DNA of 64,000 bases from Candidatus Heimdallarchaeota archaeon. Its GTDB lineage: Archaea; Asgardarchaeota; Heimdallarchaeia; Heimdallarchaeales; Heimdallarchaeaceae. Under the pieces are notes generated by a model, which was not told where the DNA came from, made no database searches, and saw only the letters and a list, made by a program, of their open reading frames with translations. Below are positions 46,206-55,477 of this stretch, piece after piece (within the stretch, counting starts at the first letter, position 1; each line of letters opens with the position of its first letter). The translations under genes and the position numbers were made by a program. The stretch spans positions 3,400-67,399 of the forward strand of contig JAHLWR010000019.1 in the NCBI GenBank assembly GCA_019057815.1, given 5' to 3'.

Positions 46206-46753
46206 ATCGAATCACCATACCAATTAATTAACTCTGTAGCACAAGAATGTTGTCCACCTAAAAATGAACAAATGCTCAAGTGTTCTGTGTCCCCAACAAA
46301 TAGATTTAGGGAGAATGAAGGAAGGTTCATATTTTCTGATAACCTATTTATTACACCAAACCCTCCTTCCTTACACTCTTTTCCCTTTTCACGCATGTAG
46401 CAGGGGGAATAGTGGGGAGAGAAGAAATTGTAAAAATTAAAGAAACAGTCAATACCACATTCTTGCTCTTCCCAGAAATACACAGTTGACGTGAACTGTA
46501 CGAACTTAAAATTCTCAAAAAAGTTAAGTTGAAAATGTGTTCTTAAATAATTATAAAAGTTGCCATCAAACTGTTTTGAAACAATTTTGTTTTGAGTTTT
46601 CATTGTTGTCATACTTCTTTGTTTGTAGGAAGATAGTTTGACGGAACCTTCGTTATAATTACTAGTTGAATAAAAAGTTTCATATTTAAAGGTGGTAAAA
46701 TTTTTTTCTTCCAAAAAACCCTCAGTATTTGTGTAAAAACTCTCTAAAAACAT
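46202..46753 (-). CDS. Cys/Phe/Tyr-rich hypothetical protein (183 aa), no signal peptide
   Basis: The ORF sits 4 nt after the ATPase gene and overlaps the protease start by 4 nt. It contains CGIDC, SPC, ECKEGG and SICSFLGGQHSC. I recognised no family. Confidence 0.5.
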   Translation of the reverse strand: MFLESFYTNTEGFLEEKNFTTFKYETFYSTSNYNEGSVKLSSYKQRSMTTMKTQNKIVSKQFDGNFYNYLRTHFQLNFFENFKFVQFTSTVYFWEEQECGIDCFFNFYNFFSPHYSPCYMREKGKECKEGGFGVINRLSENMNLPSFSLNLFVGDTEHLSICSFLGGQHSCATELINWYGDSI

Positions 46754-46757
46754 CTTC

Positions 46758-47654
46758 TCACTCTCCTTTGGTGGAAATGTTAGCAGTTTCCAGATTTATT
46801 CTTCTTTGAGAACTTGAAATTATCTCATCTTGTTTCAATAGATCAATATTTTGTGTAACATTGTCGACCATACAAGAAAGTTGATTATACAAAGAATGCT
46901 TTCGGGGGAAGAAATACTCTCCATGGATGCAGTTCTCAATAATTTCATAAGAAAGGTTGAAGAATCCGAGAAAAATGGGATCTATTCCTGTTTCTCTCTC
47001 CAGTTCTTCTTTCCATTTGTGCAAGATTTTGAGACTCTTATCTTTAAGTTCGGGAGGTATTTGGTTGAAAATGAAGAAATTCAGAGATTGATAAAAGAGT
47101 TTCTTGTAGATGTCTTGAAGCATTTCTTTAGCTCCTTCAAAACTAAAGGTTGAAGGCCTCAAAACGAAGATTCGTGCATCAGCTATAGTTGCAGCGTGGA
47201 CAGACTCTATCCTGTAACCCGGAGCGCAATCTAGAACAACGTATTGATAACCCATTCGTTGGAGCGTTTTCATCATCTCGTGAAGGATGAAATATGAATG
47301 TTCATGGATACTTTTCAACAAAGAAAGTAATCCTTCACCGTAGTCTATTTTTTCGCTAGCAGTGATAATGGAAAGGTTAGTAACAGAAGTAGAAGAGATG
47401 TTGTTTTCAGAGAGGATACCATTACCTAAGAGAATGTCATTAATAGTGATTTTAATGTCTGTTCTAGAAATATTGAAAATGTGTTGTAAAGTAGGTTGAG
47501 CAACATCAAGATCGATAAGAACAGTTTTCTTCCCTCTCTTAGCTAACTCATGCGCTATATTACAAGAAAGAGTAGTCTTACCAGGGCCTCCTTTCTGACT
47601 ATGAAGCATAATCACATCTATTCTTTGTCGACAAGACATCTTTTGTAGAATCAA
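46758..47654 (-). CDS. MinD/ParA-type P-loop ATPase
   Basis: It has the deviant Walker A SQKGGPGKTT, then LIDLD (Walker A') and VVLDCAPG (Walker B-like). The track start at 47654 is a TTG, and an in-frame ATG lies at 47637-47639. Confidence 0.85.
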   Translation of the reverse strand: MILQKMSCRQRIDVIMLHSQKGGPGKTTLSCNIAHELAKRGKKTVLIDLDVAQPTLQHIFNISRTDIKITINDILLGNGILSENNISSTSVTNLSIITASEKIDYGEGLLSLLKSIHEHSYFILHEMMKTLQRMGYQYVVLDCAPGYRIESVHAATIADARIFVLRPSTFSFEGAKEMLQDIYKKLFYQSLNFFIFNQIPPELKDKSLKILHKWKEELERETGIDPIFLGFFNLSYEIIENCIHGEYFFPRKHSLYNQLSCMVDNVTQNIDLLKQDEIISSSQRRINLETANISTKGE

Positions 47655-47880
47655 CTAGTTATGACTCCTAGACACTAAACATCATGTCAAAAAGCATGAA
47701 AAAATCACTGATTTATTTTCATCAGATCTTTTTTCATGTACCCATATTGCTTTTATTTAACGTATATAAAAATCTTATCCGTCGACCGTACTGCTTTAAG
47801 TATTAATAAGCTGTTTAAACTTATTCTTCATTATATTAAATAACCTATGTTGTTAATGATTTCAACCTTCTTAAAGTCGA

Positions 47881-47898
47881 AAAAAATATATACTATAT
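47881..47898 (+). promoter_or_regulatory. TATA-like box for the wHTH gene, implying a leaderless transcript
   Basis: AAAAAATATATACTATAT is centred about 28 nt upstream of the ATG at 47917, and no SD lies between them. Confidence 0.35.
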
Positions 47899-47916
47899 CT
47901 CCCTAAAAAATTAATT

Positions 47917-48243
47917 ATGTCAAGGTATTTAATGGGTTTGGAGCAAAAGTCAGCTTTACAAGTATTAGAAACATTGCTAGAATTGGGAGGAAAGACGAAT
48001 GTCTCAACATTAATTAATTCCGTTATTGGTGGTCAGAAATCAGTCTATTCAGCTATTAACGTTTTAGAGGATTTAGAACTGATTAAAAGCGAGCAGAAGA
48101 TAATACGCGGAAGCAGGTATATATATTTAACTTCAATTGGTGAACAAATAGCATACAAAATAATCGAAATAACGACAATATTAGAATCTCAGAAATTTCA
48201 AAAAAGAGAAAAAAAAACTAAAATTTACAGTTATGATTGGTAA
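47917..48243 (+). CDS. Small winged-helix DNA-binding protein, divergent from the ATPase operon
   Basis: 108 aa. The pattern LQVLETLLELGGKTNVSTLINSVIGGQKSVYSAINVLEDLELIKSE fits HTH plus wing, followed by a basic tail. Confidence 0.55.
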   Translation: MSRYLMGLEQKSALQVLETLLELGGKTNVSTLINSVIGGQKSVYSAINVLEDLELIKSEQKIIRGSRYIYLTSIGEQIAYKIIEITTILESQKFQKREKKTKIYSYDW

Positions 48244-48481
48244 TAAAGTGTTGAAAGAGGGAAAAGATTAAAAGTAAAGACTATCAATTATCATTTACTC
48301 AAACGTCCGAAATTTGGGTATTGTGATAGAGTCATTTCTTACTTTATGACTCTACCACAGCTTCTTGACATTGTGTAAAATGTCAGCATGATGGCATATT
48401 AATTTACTATTTATAAACCGTTGTTCTTAGATTGCAGTTAGATTGCAGTTTTTGTTTTTTTCTTTCAAACTATCAAAACTT

Positions 48482-48697
48482 TTACAGTTTCATATTTGTG
48501 TCATTCATCAGTTTTTCAATTTTTAACCATTGTTCTCTAACTTTTCCTTGTTCTATTACCTGATTGATAACATTTAGCTCTTCGATCCCTTTAGAATTAT
48601 ATTCCATAACTCCGCTAATAAAGTGGATTTTCTGCTTTATTCTGTTGATCAACCCACTTTTATCATAGTTCTTATCTTCCAAGCACTTTAATATCAT
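48482..48697 (-). CDS. Hypothetical small protein (71 aa)
   Basis: This rests on the ORF alone; the sequence looks helical and charged, with no recognised motif. Confidence 0.3.
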   Translation of the reverse strand: MILKCLEDKNYDKSGLINRIKQKIHFISGVMEYNSKGIEELNVINQVIEQGKVREQWLKIEKLMNDTNMKL

Positions 48698-48916
48698 AAC
48701 TTTTTCGACTATTTATTTATTGAAAATTGATTATGTTTTCATCTTTTTTTATTTAGGTTTATATAGTATTTAATGAAATAATCAATGAAAACTAACTCTT
48801 GGGAAGATATGAAAATCCAGACAGAACTCTTAAATAGGTATATGGTTTCTTATCTATTTGAGTTAACCTAAAAAACTATATCCAAAGGGTTGAAAGCAAA
48901 AAAGGAGCTAATCTTA

Positions 48917-50953
48917 ATGGGAAAAGTAAGAACAATAAAATCTATGATATTGTGTATGATTATAATGTCAATAATTATCGAAAGTGTTTTCATGAATCAA
49001 TGTGTAGAAGTGAGGGCTGATACACGTCTTATTAAAGGATATGTCTTTGAGCCGCCAGATAATAATTCGTCAACTGGAGCTAAAGTTGAATTCCTAAGGG
49101 ATGGCAATGTGGTAAAGGTAAGATATACAGATGAAGATGGATACTATAGTTTTAGTTATAATATTGAGCGTTTTTATATTTATACTTTTCAAGTCTCTAA
49201 ATATGGTTTTGAACCGACAGGTAGAGCAGGTCCAACCTATAGACGTACAGCTGAGTTCTATAATTTCACTTTAGTTGCTGTTGGAGAAAATCAGTATTAC
49301 ATCTATGGAACTATAACGGATGAGAATTCTAACCCCTTACTGAATGCCAGAGTTGAGTTTTTAAGAGATGGCTATCTGGTAACTTATCGCAATACCAACG
49401 TCACAGGACACTACTCTTTTAACTATGGTGATGATGCTGGTCCACATACCTATGAATTAAATGTATCAAAACAAGATTACCAAACAAACACTACTGATGG
49501 CCCTACTTCTCCGGGTTATTTTAATTGTGATTTTGTCTTGGAGTATGAATATTTTCTCCTTAGAATAGAGGGTTTTGTGAAATATAATTCTAATGCTCTA
49601 GGAAACGCAACTGTAGAGTGTTGGGAAAATACTGACAAATTAAAAGATAGTAGAAGAACAAATGAAGATGGGTACTATCTGGGATGGAATTTCCACTACT
49701 ACCCAATCCATAATTATGAGTTGAGAGCATTTCATCCGAATTTCACAATCGAAGTGCAGCCTGTAGAAGTTGAAACAGGAGGGATCTTATGCATGAATTT
49801 CACTATGCAAGATACAATGGATAGGTATGTGATTCTTTTAGGGATAAATGATTTTGATTCAGATGGTGAAAAAGATGAAGGTATTGATTTCAGTGATAAA
49901 CATTTACGTATTCTTGAATGGTATGGCTGTTTCCGTGAAGCTTTTGGAATACCTGATGAGAATTTTAAGATTCTAACAGATGAAAGTCCTGATGATTCCA
50001 TTTTTGACGATACTAATGAAATTGAGTATTTACCTTATTATTCAGAAACAGATGAAAGCACTACATATATTAACAATTTATCTTGCAGTGCTGCAACTTA
50101 TGATAATACAGCTGATACACTTAAAGATGTACTCTGGAACAAAGCAGGTGTAGATGATGAGGTTTTTATATGTCTTATGTCACATGGAAGTAACAAAAGT
50201 AATGAATTCGAGCTCTTACTCTTAAACACAGACAAAATAACTGGTACAGAGATATCAGATATTATAGAAGATAGTCAGTGCAATAAAATTTTCGTTTATA
50301 CACATGCTTGCCACGGAGGAAAACTAGGAGAAATACTAATGGATAATCCAAGAAAAAGTTCTATTTACGTTGCTACGGGGTGTGGGGCAGAGGGAGTTGT
50401 TATTTACCCTTTCCAAAAAACCCTTGTAACAGAGATATGGAAAGAGAAGTTATTGCTTACTCACACCTACCATGCTAGTCCAACTATTGCTATGGAAACG
50501 CTCTTCAAGGAAGCAATAGAGTATATGTATCTTAATCACTTGGATTTCCCAATAGACTATTCGTATTTTTATAATACCAATAATCCTTCAGAGAGAATTT
50601 ATACTTATACAATTAATGGAACATCATACTATGGATGGAATCAAAGTGATTTTATTCTAAATATGCCAGACGAATATTCTTTGCCTTATGGTTATGGATA
50701 TAATTGCTCAATATTCGCTCTTAATAATATCACTAAAGAATATTACTTCCATCTTTGGGATAATATTACGAGCAAACATATCTGGTTCTTTGAAGATTAT
50801 ACACGCTTTGAGGAGCTAGCATTAGAAGTATATGGTTATCTTATTGTAAAAAACCCGGGTATAAGTATTACAGCTATTGCCATTCATGGATGGGGACACC
50901 TTATGCCTTGTGAATACGATGGTGACAATCAAAATTACTTTATTAATGGGTGA
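48917..50953 (+). CDS. Secreted protein with three CarboxypepD_reg-like beta-sandwich repeats plus a caspase/legumain-fold (clan CD) cysteine peptidase domain
   Basis: The ATG at 48917 has GGAG 9 nt upstream. The signal is SMILCMIIMSIIIESVF. Three repeats have the form G.V.D.....L..A.VEFLRDG......T...G.Y.F. The catalytic-type motifs are VFICLMSHGS (His-Gly) and IFVYTHACHGG (Ala-Cys-x-Gly), about 44 aa apart, preceded by the strand RYVILLGIN. Confidence 0.7.
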   Translation: MGKVRTIKSMILCMIIMSIIIESVFMNQCVEVRADTRLIKGYVFEPPDNNSSTGAKVEFLRDGNVVKVRYTDEDGYYSFSYNIERFYIYTFQVSKYGFEPTGRAGPTYRRTAEFYNFTLVAVGENQYYIYGTITDENSNPLLNARVEFLRDGYLVTYRNTNVTGHYSFNYGDDAGPHTYELNVSKQDYQTNTTDGPTSPGYFNCDFVLEYEYFLLRIEGFVKYNSNALGNATVECWENTDKLKDSRRTNEDGYYLGWNFHYYPIHNYELRAFHPNFTIEVQPVEVETGGILCMNFTMQDTMDRYVILLGINDFDSDGEKDEGIDFSDKHLRILEWYGCFREAFGIPDENFKILTDESPDDSIFDDTNEIEYLPYYSETDESTTYINNLSCSAATYDNTADTLKDVLWNKAGVDDEVFICLMSHGSNKSNEFELLLLNTDKITGTEISDIIEDSQCNKIFVYTHACHGGKLGEILMDNPRKSSIYVATGCGAEGVVIYPFQKTLVTEIWKEKLLLTHTYHASPTIAMETLFKEAIEYMYLNHLDFPIDYSYFYNTNNPSERIYTYTINGTSYYGWNQSDFILNMPDEYSLPYGYGYNCSIFALNNITKEYYFHLWDNITSKHIWFFEDYTRFEELALEVYGYLIVKNPGISITAIAIHGWGHLMPCEYDGDNQNYFING

Positions 50954-51100
50954 AAAAATGACTTTGGGTTCAGATAAAATAAAATTGGTTTTACACAATA
51001 AAACTAAAGAATGTCCATGCAATTGTCAAATAGATAGAAGTTGGGACGCAAGAAGAGGATTTTTACATCAAAGTTAAATCGAAAACTGTGAGGAATACAA

Positions 51101-52990
51101 ATGAACAGAAAAAAGGAGAAAATAATCAAGAGAATAGGAACATTAGTCATTTTATCAATGCTTGTAGTTACAAATATAGTCTTCTTTGTAAGTTCAGATA
51201 TAGAACAGAGCGAAACATCGGTTGGGAGGTATTCTTTAATTCCTCACTCTCCTATCTCTATTACTTCTGATGAAGATTTTGTAACTTATGGTTTCCAGGG
51301 AAATGGAACAGCTGATAACCCCTATATTATTGAAGGATTAAATATTACAACTGTCCAGAATCTAGGAATAGGTATTTCCTTTACAACTAAATTTTTCATC
51401 ATCCGTAATTGTCACGTTGAGGCTGGAAATAACGGGATAAATATTTGTGGTGTTGCTGATGGAACTGCTAGTATTGTCAATAACACTTGTATCAACACCC
51501 CTATGGGGATCGTGCTATCACATGCAAGCTTTTCTATAATTTCAAATAATACTTGTTTGAACAATGAAAAGGGTATGGTGGTAGACAGATCCCCCTTTAC
51601 ATTAATCTCAAATAATAAATGCATTGATAATAATTCTGGCGGTATTAAATTGACTTATTCTGATTCCTTAGTTCTTTCGGATAATGAGATAACTAAAAGT
51701 GAGTATGGGATAAACACCTACGAATCTCCCTTTTTGACAATAACTAACAATACTTGCTATAAGAACACCTACAGTATCAGAGTAGATTATTCTCCCTTTT
51801 CAACAATAAATAATAACACATGTACAAACAATAAAGACGGTATTAAGGTGATATATTCGCGTTCTGTTCTTTTAACCAACAACACTTGTAATTTTAACGA
51901 ACGTGCTATTCTCATTGTATATGATTCACAGAATCCCGCTCTTACTCAACCTGGGAATGTTATACTCAGAAATAATAATTGTTCAAATAACAACTTAGGA
52001 ATATGGTTAGAAGACGCTCAGTATTCAATTTTAACCAACAATCGTTGTAATGGGAACACTAAGGGAATTTATCTATTACGTTCACGTAGTTCATCAGTAA
52101 CTAACAACACATGTAACGATAATGATCAAGGACTTATTTTGGACCATTCTGGTGATATCCCCGTCGTTAATAATAGGTTTTATAATAACAATAGAAGTAT
52201 TGTTATTTATAACAGTGGGGCTACAACCCTAACCAATAATACCATGATCAAAGGAGGGATAGCTATCTGGGATGATTCATGTCAAGGGTATCTTTCTCAA
52301 AAATTTACCAAAGACAGTAACTGGGTCAATGGTCGCCCTGTAGGTTACTTTACTAACCTCAATGATCTTTCGTTTAACACCTCAGTCTATGGTCAACTCT
52401 TTTTTATTAACTGCAAGGATATAACCGTGAGTAACCAAAACTTCACTGATGTTACTACTGGAATACTCTTAGCTTATAGTGACTCTTGCAGTGTCGAAAA
52501 CTCCCTCTTTGCTGAAAATGTCTGGGGAACTTACCTAGACCATACTCTTTCTACCACACTTACTAACAACTCTTATAGGAATAACAACTACGGAGTCTTT
52601 CTGAGGGATTCTGACTCTAATATTCTCACTTATAATCTCTTTGAAGGAAATGAGCAATATGGAGTTTACCTCTACGCTGCATCCTCTAACAACCTCATTC
52701 ACCACAATGCTTTCATCGACAACAACCCTGAAGGTACTAGTCAAGCTTATGATGCCGGTGTGGATAATAACTGGTATCTTAAACGCAAAGGTAATTACTG
52801 GTCAGACTGGTTAGAAGGTGATTACTTGATCGATGGAATAGCTAACTCTACTGATCTTCATCCTCTAACTGACATTCCTACCGTTCCAACTCCTCTATCC
52901 ACAGTTTTTATTGTGAGTGTTCTTATCCTCGCTTGTATAGTTTCATTAAGGAGCAGCGTTAGAAAGAGGAAGAAAACAACAAAACTATAA
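51101..52990 (+). CDS. Secreted parallel beta-helix (PbH1) repeat protein with a C-terminal TM anchor
   Basis: GAGGA lies 7 nt upstream of the ATG. It has a signal/TM, a PHSPISITSDEDF motif, about 20 NNTC/NNxC coils, GNYWSDW...YLIDGIANSTDLHP, and the TM VFIVSVLILACIVSL followed by RKRKK. Confidence 0.85.
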   Translation: MNRKKEKIIKRIGTLVILSMLVVTNIVFFVSSDIEQSETSVGRYSLIPHSPISITSDEDFVTYGFQGNGTADNPYIIEGLNITTVQNLGIGISFTTKFFIIRNCHVEAGNNGINICGVADGTASIVNNTCINTPMGIVLSHASFSIISNNTCLNNEKGMVVDRSPFTLISNNKCIDNNSGGIKLTYSDSLVLSDNEITKSEYGINTYESPFLTITNNTCYKNTYSIRVDYSPFSTINNNTCTNNKDGIKVIYSRSVLLTNNTCNFNERAILIVYDSQNPALTQPGNVILRNNNCSNNNLGIWLEDAQYSILTNNRCNGNTKGIYLLRSRSSSVTNNTCNDNDQGLILDHSGDIPVVNNRFYNNNRSIVIYNSGATTLTNNTMIKGGIAIWDDSCQGYLSQKFTKDSNWVNGRPVGYFTNLNDLSFNTSVYGQLFFINCKDITVSNQNFTDVTTGILLAYSDSCSVENSLFAENVWGTYLDHTLSTTLTNNSYRNNNYGVFLRDSDSNILTYNLFEGNEQYGVYLYAASSNNLIHHNAFIDNNPEGTSQAYDAGVDNNWYLKRKGNYWSDWLEGDYLIDGIANSTDLHPLTDIPTVPTPLSTVFIVSVLILACIVSLRSSVRKRKKTTKL

Positions 52991-53208
52991 GAATATATGT
53001 AAGTGTTTTTTCTTCTTTTTCCCCCTCTTTTCCATTCCAAAAAGATTAGTGTCAAAACAATGCTACAACAATTTTACCCTCAAAGGATTATAGGGGACCC
53101 AAACACAAATTAATATCTTCCTATCTTTAAAAAATCAAAAAAAGGAAGTGTTGAAGGGTTTATTCGTGTTATTACTTCGTTTCCATGCTGTTTCTGGCAA
53201 CTGTTCTA

Positions 53209-55359
53209 TTATTTCTTTACCTTCTTTGAGATTATCCTTGTAAGCATTAAGGTAACTACTAACATTAGTAGAGTAAATGTAAAGTTTAATTGATTTTCAT
53301 CTGTAGTTGACACAATTGAAGTGTGTTCTGTTGTAGTAGATTCAACAGGTTCATCGAATGGATATAAATCGATTGAATCTGCAGAACCATCAATAGAATA
53401 ATTACCTGTTCCATCCCAGTCTGACCAAAAGTTACCTTCAAGTGTTTCAGTATCATACCAAGTATTAGTTTTTCCATTATCATACGCCTGTGAAGTTTCT
53501 CCTAGATTATTTTCTACAAATGTATTATGGTGAATAAGATTATTATCAGAATAGGCTAAGAATATTTCATAACCTCCATTTTCTTGTAAAAGATTGTAAG
53601 TAACGACACAGAAATCAGAATACTCAAGCAAGATACCATTATTGTTATTGTTGTTACACGTGTTGTTTACAAACGTAGAATTATCAGAATCGTAAAGTTT
53701 GATGCCAGAGTAGTAGTTATTGTTACACGTGTTATTTTTAACCGTAGAACTTGCAGAATACCAAAGTATAATACCTTCCTTGTCGTTATTACTGCACGTG
53801 TTATTTACAACAGTAGAACTACCAGAAGAGTAAATCGCGATGCCTCTGTAGTTATTGTTACACGTGTTGTTTACAACCGTAGAATTACCAGAATGGGAAA
53901 GCTCAATGCCGTGCCAACCATTGTTGTTGCTACAAGTATTGTTAGAAACCGTAGAATTACCAGAATCACTAAGCCTGATGCCATAACCATTGATGTTGTT
54001 ACATGTGTTGTTAGCAACAGTAGAATTACCAGAAAATTCAAGCTTGATGCGATAGCCATTGTTGTTAGTAACAACTGAATATGTACAGTATTTAAGCGAT
54101 AGACCAATTATAGTGTTATTTAATATTTGGTCACGTACTATTACATTAGTACAATTAACCAATATTAATTGACCATAAACTGGTTCAGCAATGGTCTTAG
54201 ATTCAAGGTTTGTGTAAAAACCTAGTTTTTTCCCATTCACCCAATTATTATCGACAGTATACGAGAGATAGGCACCAATAGTATTTTCGTTAATATATAA
54301 ACCACAATTAGTAAAAGTGTTGTTTGCCACAGTTGTACTCCCAGAATAGGAAATCGCGATGCCATTGTTGTTGCATGTGTTGTTTGTAACCGTAGAATAA
54401 GCAGAATACTGAAGAATGATGCTATTGTCGTTGCATGTGTTGTTTGTAACTGTAGAATAAGCAGAATCATAAAGCTTAATGCCTACACTGTTGTTTGTGC
54501 ATGTGTTGTTAGCCACAGTAGATCTACGCGAAGACTAAAGATAAATGACATAACTATTGTTGTTGCAGATGTTGCTAGTAACGCAAGAACTATAAGAAAG
54601 CTTCAGATAGATCCCTCTGCCGTTGTTTGTGCACGTGTTATTGGAAACAGTCGAAGAATAAGAATTCTGAAGATAGATGCCATAATCGTTGTTGTTGCAC
54701 GTGTTATTGGTAACAGTAGAATAATCAGAACAGGAAAACCAGATGCCATAATCGTTGTTGTTGCAAATGTTGCTAGAAACGCTAGAATTATCAGAAAAGT
54801 CTAGAAAAATGCCGTCACCGCTATTATTGTTGCATGTGTTGTTGATAACAGTAGAATTGCTAGAAGATCGAATGAAGATACCGTATTGGTTATTGTTTGT
54901 GCACGTGTTGTTGGCAACGGTAGAACTGTCAGAACCCCAAAGCTCGATGCCGTTATAACCATTGTTGCTGCACGTATTGTTAGTGACAGTTGCAGTATTA
55001 TCAGCTACATTTCTGATATAAATGCCATGGGATATTGCGTCAACGTAACAGTTACGAACAGTAAAATACTTAGTTGTATCAATAATATAAATTCCTTCAT
55101 CACTTGTTGTTGTAATACTATATTCCTCAATAACATAAGGATCCTCAACAGTTCCTGCTCCTGGAAAAACTTCGAAATCACTATCAGAAGTAATGAATAT
55201 TGGATCATGTGGGATTAATGAGGAAAGTGACAAATCCCTTTTATTTTTTTCTATTGTTTGTATTCCTTTAGTCATTCCTTGTCCAAGATTCAGTATTAAC
55301 ACTATTGTTACTACTAATCCTATTGTTGTTCTTATTGAATAATTTGAAATCTTTTTCAT
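53209..55359 (-). pseudogene. PbH1 beta-helix surface protein interrupted by one in-frame TAG (54535-54537)
   Basis: ORFs 54535..55359 (signal plus N-terminal half) and 53209..54516 (C-terminal half plus TM anchor) are in the same frame. The read-through text ...YVIYL*SSRRSTVANNTC fits the repeat unit GIYLxxSxxSTVxNNTC, and the combined length of about 715 aa matches the intact 774-aa paralog. Confidence 0.6.
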
Positions 55360-55476
55360 TTTTTCACCTTGTTATCCTTACACTTCGACGGATGGGTTTT
55401 TGATAAGAAGATAGGCAAGTGTAGTGTTTTTATCAATTTATATATCTATTGTCTCATATTTAAAGAAGGAAAAAAA
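55360..55476 (-). repeat. Duplicated upstream region (5' UTR plus promoter), copy A
   Basis: It is nearly identical to 57803-57917. It includes GGTGA just upstream of the ATG and a TATA-like AAATATATAAATTG (minus strand) about 80 nt upstream. Confidence 0.8.
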
Positions 55477-55477
55477 G

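Noticed and set aside
50822-51270. Small overlapping ORFs (50822..51022, 50877..51077 and 51088..51270) between the peptidase and the beta-helix gene.
   Set aside because: They overlap the ends or starts of well-supported genes in other frames. 51088..51270 is an out-of-frame reading of the 51101 gene's 5' end.
54535-54537. The in-frame TAG read as pyrrolysine recoding.
   Set aside because: TAG is used as an ordinary stop by other genes in this window (for example at 4595-4597 and 11607-11609). No pyl genes are present here, and the position aligns to Glu or Tyr in paralogs, so a simple nonsense mutation is more likely.
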